DNA of 63,766 nt, filler included, from Octopus bimaculoides (Eukaryota): assembly GCF_001194135.2 (NCBI RefSeq). It is 5 parts of 5 records of this genome, joined end to end, with 100 filler letters (N's around TTAATTAATTAA, not from the genome) between each part and the next. Parts side by side here need not be neighbours in the genome. Positions count along the whole stretch, not along the records: positions 1 to 14,397 come from NC_069002.1; 4 more parts are not named here. One strand, 5' to 3'. The notes under the pieces were generated by a model that saw nothing but the letters and a program-made list of their open reading frames with translations, searched no databases and was not told the origin of the DNA. A program made the position numbers and the translations under genes. Shown piece by piece: positions 1-13,634 of the stretch. Within the stretch, counting starts at the first letter, position 1, and the number at the start of each line of letters is the position of its first letter.

Positions 1-1185
1 TATCTAAAGCGTCACCTTTAACTTTGTAGCAGTTGACTATGGTGCTGCTAGCCAACTTGACAATACACAATATTTGTGCATATATGCAGACACACATACT
101 TGTACACACAAGCATCCATATGCCATGTGGGTTTCTGAAATAAAATTGTAGTGTATCAAAGACAGACTAAACATAAGGAAAATTGTCAATATCATAAATC
201 AACCTGTTTATCCACCTGTCTGCTATTAACCTGTTTATCCACCTGTCTCTATTATCCAAGGTGGGCTCCAGTCCATCCACACTGAAATTTATCCAGTGAT
301 GAAATACATAACTGCCAACTTTTAGTGGGTGCCATTTTATTGATGCACCAGACTGGAATTATTAAATTTGAAGAGAGTATCTCTAGTTCAACAATTGTAT
401 ATGTAATTTATAGTCCTCTATAGAACTATAGTTTTTAGATGTTATTTCAGTTGTGACTCAAAGAAAATGGTCTTACATCCCAGCCCAATGTACATATAAA
501 CGAGACAAAAAATATCTGCAACTCATTACAATTTATAACCCTCTCTCACGGTTAACTCATCTAAAACATCACTGAAACTTTATTCCAAAGTTTTCTCGAG
601 GGGGACAAAAAATACTCTAATCCCATTCAGTTTCTGAAATATTCTACAAAGCTCATGAGTGGTCCATATTAACATCACTGGGATGGCACTACTTTTACAT
701 ATGTACACATAATAGACTGTTAATCAGAAAAATGGCAATTTTTGATACAAACATTCAACCACCACAATACATTCATTGATTCTCTTTTTCTGCCATTATT
801 TCAGTTTCTGCTCCACCAAGCAAGCAAGCCACATAATACTTGCATCAAAGCCCACCAAATGCACATGCCCCTCATCTTATTATGTCTACTGCATCACCTA
901 ACACACTCTAACACATTACTCAATGCTGCTTCTCATCTCACAATGGCAGCCTTCTCAATTTCCCTCCTTGCCCTCATTTCTTTTTTATGAGTCCTCAACC
1001 AGCAGAAATCCTAGCTGAACCACAGCAGTTACCAAACTGAGAGTCATCAAAGATCATCATGGGGTAAGGCTTTCTTCCTCTGATCAAACATACACACAGT
1101 TTTTTAATTTTCCATTGCAGTTTTACAAGTAGCACTTTCTAGAATGATTTAGAAGAGAAAATTTGCAGAATTTTTCATTTCTTAC

Positions 1186-1194
1186 CTCAACTTT
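1186..1194 (-). CDS. Candidate 9-nt symmetric microexon AAAGTTGAG (phase 2-2; R-K-L-R/S)
   Basis: Long poly-T tract (tttttttgtttttttttttgttag|) then 9 nt then |gtaaga; frame-preserving after exon 4674-4750. Confidence 0.45.
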
Positions 1195-3591
1195 CTAACA
1201 AAAAAAAAAACAAAAAAACCTCTCCAATAATAAGGAAGTAAACCAGCCTTAAGTTGGATTTTTCTCATTATATTAAGATAGCAAGCTGGCAGAATTGCTA
1301 GCCTGTCAGACAAAATGCTGAGCAGAATTTCTTCTGGCTCTTCATGCTCTGAGTTCAAATTCTGCTAAGGGTAATATTTCAACCTTTTAGTTGAGCACTG
1401 GGATTAATGTAATTCACTTCTCTTTCCTCCTAAAATTGTTGCCCTTGTACCCAAATTTGAAACGACTTATCTTTCTTTATTCAAGAACCTATCACATATA
1501 AAACCATAACTAAAGAACTACCAACAAGCCACAATAAATATTGACTGAAACATTTTTGTTTTTATTTAACCATTGACCAACACTTGTTTCTGTTCTTTAA
1601 TCTGTTTACTAGTTCCAGTTATTGAACTGAGGCCATACTGGGGCAACCCCTAGGGTGTAGTCAATTACATTGACCACACTAAGTGTTTATGTTATCAGCC
1701 AAGGACGGCAAAGTGAACCTGGATAAGATTTCCACTCAGTTTGTAAACAAATACTGCAGGGTAGGTTGATGCTCTACCAATTCTACCACTCACCTATTAC
1801 CCAGGCTTTTAATAAAAAGTTATATACACACATTCATTCATTCATTCACACACGTGTGTGTATATAGTTCCATATGTACATTCAACTCAAAACAGTACTT
1901 ACTTGTAGTATTATCAATTTATAAGTACACTGGTGTTACAGAAGCAGGAGTACAGAGTTAACAGAGTACTGTATGATGCCAAAAACATGGGGGTGTTAAA
2001 AGAGTAGAGCATTTAATTAGATCTCATCTGCTGTGACTAGGAGTATGGCAGTATTACAAGAGAGTACATACATTAATGAAATACTGTGTCCATGACAGCC
2101 AAGATAATGTTGCAAAAAGAAAAAAAATATATATCTAAGTATCATAATGTAATTAAGGATACCAGTAAACCTTAGGAGTACAGATTGGCAACAAAGATAC
2201 CATAGAAGGCATTGTAGAGTAATTAATGAAATATCACCCAAAGTATCAAAGAATTCATTATAGAAGAATAACAGTGAGGCAAGGTTGAGGTAAGGTTGAG
2301 GTAAGAGTAGTTTTGTTTTGAAGAGGGTTAATAAATATTAGAGTCACTTGAGCTTCATGTCAGTCATAAACTGAAATACATAACTTACTCTTTTGGTAAA
2401 TCTGGACACTCTGAGTTCCTGTTAGAAAAAAAGGCAGCTATAATACAAGAATACCTTCTACAAACCAATACATTATTGTTTGAACAAATCAACTAAAAAT
2501 GTAAAGAAGGAAAAAGCAGCTATAATACAAGAATACTTCCTAGAATCTAAATCATTACTGTTTGGACAAATTAACTAAAAAAAAAATAACGATCAAATAA
2601 TACTGGTAAATGACAAGTGACCAAGACCTTTTGGAGATATGCTGTGCTTGAGAAGCCCCAGCAAGCCAAGTGAGATTGTAGCCGTAGCCTATGCCAGTGC
2701 TGTATAACCAGCCCATTTAAGAGTACGCTTCAATCATTGGTCAATAAACTATGCTCGCGAAGACCTCTTGAGGCAAGTGAAATCTTTGTTGTGGCCGATA
2801 ACAGTACCGCCTGATTGGCACCTGTGCCAGTGGAACGTTAAAAGCACCATTCGAGTATGATTGTGCTAAGGCCACTGACTGGCTCTTGTGCCGGTGGCAT
2901 GTAAAAAAAAAAAGCAGTATTCGAGAATGGTCATTGCCAGTGTTACCGGACTGGGTCCTGTGCAGGTGGCATGTAAAAGGCACCATTTGAGTGTGGCCGA
3001 TGCTGGTACTGCCTAACTGGCCCTCGTGCCAGTGGTACGTAAATGCACTTACTACACTCTCAGAGTAGTTGGTGTTAGGAAGGGCATCCAGCTGTAGAAA
3101 CTTTGCCAGATCAGATTGGAGACTAGTGCAGCAATCTGGCTTGCCAGCCCTCAGTCAAACCGTCCAACCCATACCAGCATGGAAAGCGGATGTTAAATGA
3201 TGATGATGATGATGAACTGTTTGTACACTTTCACCATCTCTTTTCTCTCTGGCTGAGACGGCCATACAACTTCTATTCATCAGAAAGACACCTGTGCCTC
3301 TTCGACACATAAAACCACCTCCCTCTCTACTACAAATCCATTTAGTTCTTTTTTATCTTTCTTTTTATTTATTACTTGTTTCAGTCAGACTGCGGCCATG
3401 CTGGGGCAATGCCTAGAAAAACTTTTAGCTAAATGTATCAACCCCAGTACTTAGCCTTTTCTAAGCCTGGTATTTATTTTATTGGTCTCTTTTGCTGAAT
3501 CTCTAAGTTATGGGGACATCAACACACCAACACTGGTTGTCAAGTGGTAGTGAGGAACAAACACAGACACAAAGATACACACACATACATA

Positions 3592-3641
<50 letters not shown>

Positions 3642-3774
3642 CCCCAGTTTATCCACTTAGCTTACAGTTGAATATTAAATGTAATATTCAATACTTTTTG
3701 TAATATGTAATAAATCAGTATAATCATTGGATTTTATTATCCCTTAATGAGGTTTTTAACCTTTAATTGAACTT

Positions 3775-3822
<48 letters not shown>

Positions 3823-4673
3823 CCATGTCCACTCACAAGGGTTTGGTCATCCCAAAGCTATAGTAGAAGACACTTGCCCAAGGTGCCACGCAATGGGACT
3901 GAACCTGAACCATGACATTGGGAAGCAAGCATCTTACCACACAGCCATGCAGTTGAGGAGGCTTTTTCTTTGTCTTGCAAGTTACTTAGTGACGCAAAAA
4001 GCACCCACTACAATGTAAAATGGTTGGCATTAAGCAGGGCATCCGATCAAAAAAACCATGCCAAAGTAGAGACTGGAACTCAGTTCAGTTCTTGTTGAAC
4101 TGTCCAACCCATACCAACATGGAAAAATGGATTCTAAACAACAACAATGATAAAGACGATGCCTGAGTTTATTTTAGCAAATGTTTTCAGTTTTGTGTTT
4201 CAGCTTTCAAGTTACAAGGAACACGCAATCAAAAACACCTTCAAACACTAAGTTCCCATTAACATAATTAATGCAGAAAGCATGAAATAAAATTGAAAAA
4301 AGCTAACTAGAAATAATAATGCAAAGAGCATAAAACAATATATTACAGAATAGTGAATATTGTTGTGTTGATTGTGAAGACATAACTAAAATATTAGAAA
4401 CTAAAAAAAAAAGAGTCGCTGGAAAGTTATGAAATCTCTCCATGAAACTTTTAAGCAAGAACTCACATAGCTAATTGCTGGAGGGAAGAAAAATTAAAAT
4501 TCCACCTATAATGAGAAGTCATTAACAACAGTTCTTATGAGGGAGAGGGGAGAGAGCTCCATCATTGAAATGGATTAAAAAATCAAATAGAAATATGCAG
4601 TGAAGAGTAAATCTCATCTTTGGTAATATATATACTGATTAGTTTGTAAGGTAGATTGCAAAGAAGTGCTTAC

Positions 4674-4750
4674 CTATCAGAGGCACGGGAGTAGATCTTT
4701 GGAGATCCTCGAGTTATACTTGATTTTATACGAGGTGGTGGTCGCGGTGG
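4674..4750 (-). CDS. Internal coding exon PPRPPPRIKSSITRGSPKIYSRASD(R) (77 nt, phase 0-2); proline-rich SH3-ligand-like motif
   Basis: Acceptor ttttgcttttag|, donor AG|gtaagc; retains several CpGs in a CpG-poor region. Junction peptide LRPPRPPPRIK resembles the RPPRP(PP) motif recalled from DENND1A. Confidence 0.75.
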
Positions 4751-5379
4751 CTAAAAAGCAAAAACCATCATTATGATGACAAATGTGTGTTTGGTGCTTA
4801 AATTTATTAATAACTTTATTAATAAATTTATTAATATTAATAACTTACAAATCCAAGATTAATGTTGTTTTGTTTTATTTTTACAAGTTGACAACAAAAA
4901 AAAAAAAATCATCAAAATACATGAAATATCTCCAAGCATTTTGACAATCCAAAAAACAACTATTTCTTTAAAAAGAAAAGTGAGGGCAGTTGTCATATCA
5001 AGAATATATAAAAATGGAAATGTGCAGTACTAGAACCTTTCCAGAACACAGAAAAAAAAAATAAAAAAAAAATTAAGCAAGCCATGACAGTGCTGCAACC
5101 AGGCTCCAACCAACAAAAGTACTAGCAAGCCAACAAGAGAGCTTCTATGTAGCTTCTTGAACTGTTGGATAAAAGAGTCAAACACCTTGCCACATCAACA
5201 CATACACAAAACACATGCTGTCAATTTTAAATTGAAGTAAAATTTCTTCTACAATAAAGGTGTGACATACATGTAAAGTGATGTACCAGACATCTTTGCT
5301 TCTGCATATAAGGACTTGTATGTTGCTACCAAACATTCAATCAGTTTTACCTATTTTACAGGGAGAGGGGAGCAAAGCT

Positions 5380-5775
5380 GAATGACATTTCTGAACAACA
5401 AAGAAAATGACATCAATTCTTCCACTTCAAACCATTTTTTTTTTCTGTTCAGCATTAGACAAACTTTTCATCCTTCAGTCCTTGTTCTTCATTCACAATT
5501 TCGCTTCCTCACTCAGTCAGCTCCATACATTCTTGCAACCCCTAACGCTATCCACACTCCATTCTATTCCTCTCTCTCTCCTATTCACCTCATACCTTGA
5601 AGGTTCACTCCCAATCCTGACTAGCACTACTTCTATCTCTCTAGCTCCACTCTGGACACTCTCTCCTCTATAATATGAGCAAACCATGTAATAGCTCCTC
5701 TGCACCAAGAAACCTTTCCTGCTCTAGCACCTTCTCTCATACTTTCCATCTAGCACAGAACTGTCTCCCTCTAGG
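5380..5775 (+). mobile_element. L2/CR1-like LINE 3' remnant
   Basis: NDINSSTSN (cf. INDLLSSTSN before the ADD motif) and a degraded 3' region. Confidence 0.5.
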
Positions 5776-5792
5776 TCACAAGAATTGCTAAA

Positions 5793-6177
5793 GATCGTTG
5801 CCAGTGCCCCTGGACTGGTTCTTGTGCGGGTGGCACATGAGATGCACCATTTTGAGCGTGGCCGTTGCCAGTACCGCCTGACTGGCTCCTGTAGGATTTT
5901 CGAGCGAGATCGTTGCCAGTGCCCCTGGACTGGCTTGTGCGGGTGGCACATAAAAGACACCATTTCGAGCGTGGCCGTTTTCGTGCGGGTGACACGTAAA
6001 AGCACCCACTACACTCTCTGAGTGGTTGGCGTTAGGAAGGGCATCCAGCTGTAGAAACTCTGCCAAATCAGACTGGAGCCTGGTGTTGCCATCCGGTTTC
6101 ACCAGTCCTCAGTCAAATCGTCCAACCCATGCTAGCATGGAAAGCGGACGTTAAACGATGATGATGATGATGATGAA
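5793..6177 (+). mobile_element. (GAT)n-tailed SINE-like repeat with an internal ~110-bp tandem duplication. Other copies: 2620-3215(+), 3950-4160(+), 12120-12400(-), 26130-26380(+), 36748-37200(-), 41640-42010(+)
   Basis: Shared block acactctgagtggttggcgttaggaagggcatccagctgtagaaac...aacccatgctagcatggaaagcggacgttaaa(gat)n. Confidence 0.85.
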
Positions 6178-6689
6178 TGCCTTGAGAAGACATTCAACTA
6201 CATCCACTGGTGAGGATCCAGCTCAAGAGTTTTTAAGAGCATGGAGTTACCCCTAGTCACCACTATCTCAAGTCTGCTCTGGCTTGGGATAAGAGTACTT
6301 GTCAAAGGCTCCAGTTATAGGTCAAGCAGCAGAAATCGGTCCTGTGGCTAAGGTATACAGAACTCAGAAGAGAGCATCACACAGGGCCATTAGTATACGG
6401 ACATACCCTGATGTCACATGAACCAGTTCGCTTTCCTAAGGGTTAACCCTCACGGGTAAGCATGAGAGAACAGGAGACTAGCAGGATAAAGTGTCAATAA
6501 ACCAGCACAAGGCAATGGGAAACCAATCTGCTATCTTTTCTAAGAGAAATCTCGAATTTTTTGACTTTGGCATGGTGGTCTGTTCCATGATCATTGATGC
6601 CTGTAAGAATGGTACATGAAAAGTAACAATGTTCATAATCCAGTTTCTATAGCACTGTTAACAGCTGAACCTAGTTCATGTCAATTCTT

Positions 6690-6730
<41 letters not shown>

Positions 6731-7147
6731 GAGTGGCAGCAATGATGATTACTACTACTACTGCTGTTTACAGAGAAGAATTATACTCCTTATCCATGAT
6801 ATTTCAAACAAGACATACTGAGTTGATGGGAAATAAATGTCTTGGCCTTATCAATGATAGAACTTGAGCAACAGAAATCTTAGTTGATAATTAACTAGCA
6901 TTCTGTTAATTTAATCAGCCAATCTCTCAGAGCATTATTTCAAGATAAAAAGCATTTAATCTGTGGGGCGCTCTGCCTTCTTATACTGGCATTTATACAT
7001 ATGGCATCACACCTTGCTTCAATGTATACAATAGTAATAGCATTTACTGTTGTTATTATGCACAGTAAAGTACAATACTGGGGAAGTGATTGTATTATAT
7101 TTACAACAGAGTAAGTATGTGTCCAAGTACATATGTGTACATATGTG

Positions 7148-7178
<31 letters not shown>

Positions 7179-9219
7179 CCAAGTGTGTCTATGTCCAAGT
7201 GTGTAAGTGTATGGATGTGAGTATGTATGTGCACAGATCAATTGCAAAGTTCTTGTGGTAATAACTTTCTAAACTTGTGTTTTAAAATTGCAACCAGATC
7301 GTTAGTCTTTTAAATAGAGAACCAACAGTTACAAAAGGAATAAAATTTCTTTATGGGTGTTTAACATGCATTTAAGATTTTGAAAAACTGTTAATTCTGA
7401 TTTAGAAAATATAAAAAAAGACAACATTGTACAATAATAAATTGAAACATTTATCATAAATTCAAATGGCAAGTTATGCTGTTGCAGGAGGAAGGGAAAA
7501 CAGCAATACACACACACACAAAAAAAAAGAAAAACAGTGAGTGAAAAGGAGGAATGGTCAGAATTGAAAAAAAGCAAACAACTCAATATCTACAGAAGAA
7601 AATAGTGATCCCCCCACCACCACCACCCTTATTCTTCAGAAAAGAATCAATTTGCACAATATCTTATATTTCTTAATATGAAAGATGTCACTAAAGCCAT
7701 CAGCCTAACTGTTGGTTTTACTTATAGAAAGTGTATTAAACAGCTACACTTATAAATTTAATATATACCAGCTAATGAGGGGGCTTCTACATGGTCAATC
7801 AGACAGCTAGAAATTACAGACAAATATTCCCTACTGATACACTACTGGATAATCTGACAGCCTGATGAAGCCAATCAGCAGTGAAACTATGAAGCCACTG
7901 TCAACTTCTCCCATATAAAGATTAATTCTATAGTCAAATTAAATTTGAGTGTGCTCTCAATTATCTATTTGATAGCTTTTATAAAAATTCTCAAACATGT
8001 ATAGTACATATGTATGATTATCATATATATGAGATGAAACTACTCAAGACTAGATCTGTTGTTATTGTAGTATGATAATGCTGTAATACAATCTCCAAGA
8101 TGCATTATGAATTGTTTCTTGACCTTACATTTCTTGTTTGTTCAACACCTGTTTTTTTCAGGCTAACATGGTCTGAATGGGAGAGAATTAAGGCAGTTTT
8201 TTTTTTTTTGCAGTTGACAGTTCCTCCCTTACCAGTTTTTCAGGTATGGGAATTTTTATCCTAGAAGAATTCAAAAGTGCAGAACTAACGGCTGATTTAT
8301 TGACAAGTAATGTCAACAAACATCATTGGTTGAAGCTGTTATTCAGCATGGTTTTGTAAACGCTCATAGACAAATCTGAACGCATACAAACAGGCTTCTT
8401 TCGGTTTGCATCTATCAAATTTCTTCACAAAGAATTGGTTGACACAGGGCTTTAGTAGAAGACACTACCCAAAGTTCCATGCAGTTGAACTGAATCCAAA
8501 GCCACATGATTGAGAAGCAAACTTCTTAATCACAAAGCTATCCGTAAGTCAGTCATATTTGCATAAGTCACTCTTCAGTCATATAAACAATCTATGACCA
8601 TCTTGAGTGGAATCGAACAAACAAGAATAACTGTTTTGATAATAAGAAAACAGATGTTCCAGCTTCTACTACTCAAGACAGTTGTAGTTTGTTAAGACAC
8701 CTAAAGAGTGAATTACACAAATATTACACAACATCATGAAATGATTCCTAGTGTGTCTTGGAGAGTGTTATTTCTATCATACCATCTATCAAAAGAGGTA
8801 TTGTGATTAAGTCAAATATACCAGGGCTAACACTGCAAACTAAACCAAAATTTGCCACTGCAAATAGTAGTATATAGATCCAGATAATGAAATACATTGT
8901 TAATTGTCTCATTCAGTCTAAATATAATAGAGTCTAAAGAGGGGGAGATATTAGTCAGAACATTGAAATGTGACACAACAGTACCATATTTGGATTTCAA
9001 TTTTCAAGATCATGAAAATCCTTTTTTAAAATTTTTCGAATAAAAACAAAATTTCAAAATGATTATCAAAGTAGCCAGAGAGAGATGGTTAATTGAAAGA
9101 TAATTACAAAGGTTTATGTAATGTAAGCATTTACAAAAAACAAAAAGGGAAAAGTTTTAACAAAACGACTTAATTTTCAAGACCCTTTCGATATAGTTAT
9201 TTAATGATTCTCATCTTAC

Positions 9220-9321
9220 CCTCAGAGACTTTAATTCAGAAGCAAGAATTGTGGAAGGCTTTATTCCTCCAGATCGGATTTTCAAATTTGTGAGTTTATT
9301 ACTTCCAGGAATCAGATCCTC
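9220..9321 (-). CDS. Internal coding exon EDLIPGSNKLTNLKIRSGGIKPSTILASELKSLR (102 nt, phase 0-0)
   Basis: Pyrimidine tract tttcctttcctttccgcatcctaattttcaag|, donor AGG|gtaaga; open frame; in phase with both neighbours. Confidence 0.75.
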
Positions 9322-10181
9322 CTTGAAAATTAGGATGCGGAAAGGAAAGGAAAGCAGAAATAAAATCAAATATCTAACAATTGGATAGTATTAGAGACGT
9401 GGCAATGTATTAAGAGACCACTGATCAATATTAAATGGTCATAGCCAGAGGACTACAATGGATGGTTTACTGTCAGTGACCAATCTCCAAAGAGGCAGAC
9501 AAAAGCAGGAATTATGGATTGAATTTACAAGTTTAGTGAAGGATTTAAATTTACAATGTTGATTATTTCTGACATTCTTATGACATTAGAATATGAGGAT
9601 TATTGTCATTATTATCATCAGCATCATTAATTATTGTTATTTAAAATTTGTTGTTTGGGTTTTGGCTTCAGTTGTGCTACAATTTTGGAGAAAGAAGAAA
9701 CACCTGTAGATTTCCTCCATGATGTCTATTCACTGTAAACAAAAATGCAAAACTTTTTTTTCCTTTTTTGTATAAGTGATTATGAAGAAGATTGTTTGCA
9801 AATGTGAGATCAAATATCTCAATCAATCAATCAACCAATATGAACTTAAAGTCAATCAAATGACATGCTTAGGTTATGTCAGAAACAAAACAATGCAAAT
9901 TTTTCATGTTAATAGGAAAGGAGAAAAATTTTTGAATTCAAATCAGGTGGGTTTTGGAAAAATTCAATGCATGCATTCTTTGTGTACAAATTTCGCATAT
10001 GCACACACTGTATATATATATACAATTTCCATGAAGGTAAATTTTTTAGTAAGAAAATTAAATTTCAAACCAAACTTATTGAAGAATTTTGGTTAAAAAA
10101 AACATGGTAACAGAATACAGTGGAGGCAAAAAAGGTGGAACTGGAGGTGAGAGTGCAACAACCACAAATATATTTGAATAC

Positions 10182-10244
10182 CTTGTAGAAGTCTTCAATT
10201 TTAGATTTAAGCCCTGTATAAGTTTTCTTACTCTGGCTTTTCAC
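10182..10244 (-). CDS. Internal coding exon VKSQSKKTYTGLKSKIEDFYK (63 nt, phase 0-0) of a minus-strand gene, tentatively DENND1/connecdenn-like C-terminal half
   Basis: Acceptor ttttttactgtacag| and donor AAG|gtattc; open frame; phase-compatible with 9220-9321. Loosely resembles, from memory, the basic exon (AKDHAKMGIKEVKNRLKQK) after the DENN module of vertebrate DENND1A. Confidence 0.7.
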
Positions 10245-13034
10245 CTGTACAGTAAAAAATAAATAAATAAAACAAATAACATTCATTGGAATTGCTTATA
10301 ACTGAAATAAATATGAATTTCAATAATGTTTGACATTAATCTTTAAGTTGACATCAACATAAAGAGGTGATGTGAATTGGTGAATCCATAGTTTGGATCT
10401 TGGTGAAACAATATTTGGGAGCTTGTAAATAAATGTATTGTAATACGATTGATCTTTGAGAGCAGAACATGATAGAGCAATACAGAAGAAGATCACACAG
10501 GTAGGGGATAATATAACAGTGTAAGTATGAAGACCACATGGAGACTGTGTACAGGTAGAGAGCAACAAAAGAGTACAGCAGACAAGGAAACCAACAATCA
10601 CACATAAGAGATGACAAAGAAATAAATAATTATCTCATGAAATTCATTAGCGTACAACTGTTTCCACTATAAGATGCAGTGGACTCATAGTTGATTGTCT
10701 GAGTAACACCCTACAGTTTCCTCAGAGCCTCAGCTGTAAGCTAATGAAGTTCTTAAGACAATTGTTTATTCTTTTGTCATCTCTTTTCTTATTGCTGCTC
10801 TGTAATTGACTAATGCTTTGTTCTGAAGCATGCCTGTATTGAGTTGTGATACTAACACCAGGTTATCAGTATCGCAATGCCTAAGCAAAATAATAAAACA
10901 CACACACACATCTATACATATGAATTGATGTATCAGTAAAAATTATAGACACACAATGGTAATAAAATAAAACAAAGTACATGTTGTAGTTTATTTATTT
11001 GAATGATGCCATTTGCACTGTTACTTGCAGTTTCTACATGCTAAGATTTTTCAGATGGTAGAAATATGAGGAAACCATCAACATTCTTATGAAATTCAAG
11101 ATAGCATGCCAACATAACTACTTCATTGGATGGAGCAGGTCATATGACTAAATAATGAATAACCAATAAATGAGTTAAGTGGGGTAATTCACTAACAATT
11201 ATGTTAAATCACGTTGAAAACAAATGTTAAAGAAGTGTAAAAAAAAATAATAAAAATTAGAAGATAATTTAGAAGGAAACTAATTAGAAATTTGAAAGGA
11301 AGAATATAATTGAAAATGTGATTGAAGTGAAATAATGGAAAATATGATAACTTTGAAGAGATAATTATATTATCACAAATAAATAAAATAAAACATTAAG
11401 ATTAAATAATTAAAAGAGAGAAAGAAAAAGTATTCTTCCCTGCATCTACAAAGTGTTTGAATTCCTGGAGGTGATACTTTTAATCATTAAGCTATGAATA
11501 TCAAGTTCAAGTGAAACAATTTTACTCTGTAAGCTTACTGTCTTAATATTTATTAAAAATATTTCACAGCTGTTTCTTGACTTGAGTTCTTTAATAGTAA
11601 CTGTGGCTATTATCCATAATATTAACAAATGGTTTGATATTTTTATGTTCCTATTTTTTCCAGAAACCATTTTTTTACTACATGGTAATTAAATAGGAAT
11701 TGAATACCTGAAAAGTATATTCATTCTGAATTGAAAAAAAATTGTAAGTGCTTCCATCAGAAAACTCAAAATTTCATAAAACGACAGTGATGATACACTT
11801 CTTGATAAATCTTGTGAGAACAGTAATCACCTAAAATGTGGTTTTAAATCTAGCTAAAGCCATCTGTTAAATCATATGTTTAGTGATGCAAGTATTGTAC
11901 TATTTGCACCACTAAAAGAAAGTTTATTCCATATGATTAAAAATATTAAAATCTGTAAATACAACCTTCTCCAGAAAGAACTAATGGAAAAAAATTGAAG
12001 TTAGAAAATCAGAAATATGATACCTCAACCTGATAAAACAAAAAATAAATGCATATCAGATAGGCTGTACTTTGCGTCATAAATATATTTCTTAGACAAT
12101 TACTAATAATTACATCACCCTCATCATCATTTAACGTCTGTTTTCCATGCTGGCATGGGCTGGACTGTTTGAGTGAAAACTGGTAAGCCAGGGTGCTACA
12201 TTAAGTTCCAATCTAGTTTGGTTTCTATGGCTGAATGTCCTTTCTAACAGCAACCACTCCAAGCGTGTAGTGTACATACCACCAGCATGGATGCCATTGA
12301 CCTGACATTGGTATCAGCCACATGCTTAAATGGTGCATTTCACATGCCATCAGCACGGGTGCCCGTCAACTGGCATTGGCATTGGCTACAGCCAAATTGA
12401 ACAACTTTTCATGATATAAATAGCTCTGTAGGTAGATCACTACTGATTTAGCTGACATAAGCAAACCACTTTTCACCTGTTGGATATTTTGTACATAAAC
12501 TAACTGTTCAAATGATTAACCCCACCACTAAGAACAGGTTTCGGTGGTCACATGAAAAAAAAAAAAAAAGAAAAGGAAACAGAATTATCCTTGAAGTCCA
12601 AAATATTTTGCTCTTGCCTCTGTGGAACAATAAATTAGATGTTATCAAATTGTTTAAATTGATTTCCACAATATTTGTGCCAGATTCATTCATCTCAATA
12701 TATTCATTATGTATAATTTTCTTAGAGATATTTGGATAAATAAAAAAAAATACCAAATATCTCTTGATATCCCAATAGGATTCTTAGACTGCTGAATTCA
12801 GTTATGTTTTCAGCTTATTCCTCTTATATAATTTTAAAAATTGTTTTCTAATGTATAAATGGTCTATATAGAAATAAGCTAATTTTACAAAAGCATAGCC
12901 TGTGAATAGCCGATAGATTTAGGACAAACTTGACACAATTTTTTAAGAATATATGCTTCAAAACCAGGATTGAAGCACAGACAGCTACTAAAACTAACTA
13001 CTTACATATAACCCTTGACTGCACAAATTCTTAC

Positions 13035-13046
13035 CTTGATCATAAC
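13035..13046 (-). CDS. Possible 12-nt microexon GTTATGATCAAG (VMIK, phase 0-0), or 46-nt form 13035-13080 (MIKMPVNLNILGYDQ)
   Basis: Strong donor AAG|gtaaga; two candidate acceptors (atatcttag, atttctcag). The 12-nt form is in phase with 10182-10244. Confidence 0.25.
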
Positions 13047-13589
13047 CTAAGATATTTAAATTCACAGGCATTTTAATCATCTGAGAAATATTAAGAAGTT
13101 AATCTAGTTCCCAGGCAATAATTTGTAATGGCATTGATACACTAAAATTCTCAATAATCACCAAAGCAGGGTGATCAAATGCTTGGGTTTTTAGTAAAGT
13201 TGAGTTCATAAGAGATGTATGGTTGCTTTAACAGAAAGAATTTTAAAATATTGTTAGTAGCGATTTGAAATAGCAAGGGAAACGAGAAATCACAGCAGAA
13301 ACATAATCTCTATGGCGATTCAGTCCCAAAATAGATTTTTTGTCCATTCCAAATAAAAAGTCATCAATAATCTTACAAAAATAATAAATAAGAGGCAGAT
13401 GAAGGAAACATTTTCAACTAATAATTACCAAATTGGTAATTGAGTTTTAGTAACTGACAAACTAAGTCTAAATCTACATCTAGCTATATTTTACTAAGAA
13501 ACAAAACCAAAAAGAAAAAAGTCTAATACATAGCAGCAATCAAACATAGAATTATATATATAAAATATGTATATAATAGATATATATAA

Positions 13590-13634
<45 letters not shown>

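Noticed and set aside
8214-8244. Plus-strand 31-nt exon-like segment with strong splice sites
   Set aside because: No partner exons; shows how readily this AT-rich DNA yields false exons, a caveat for all small-exon calls here.
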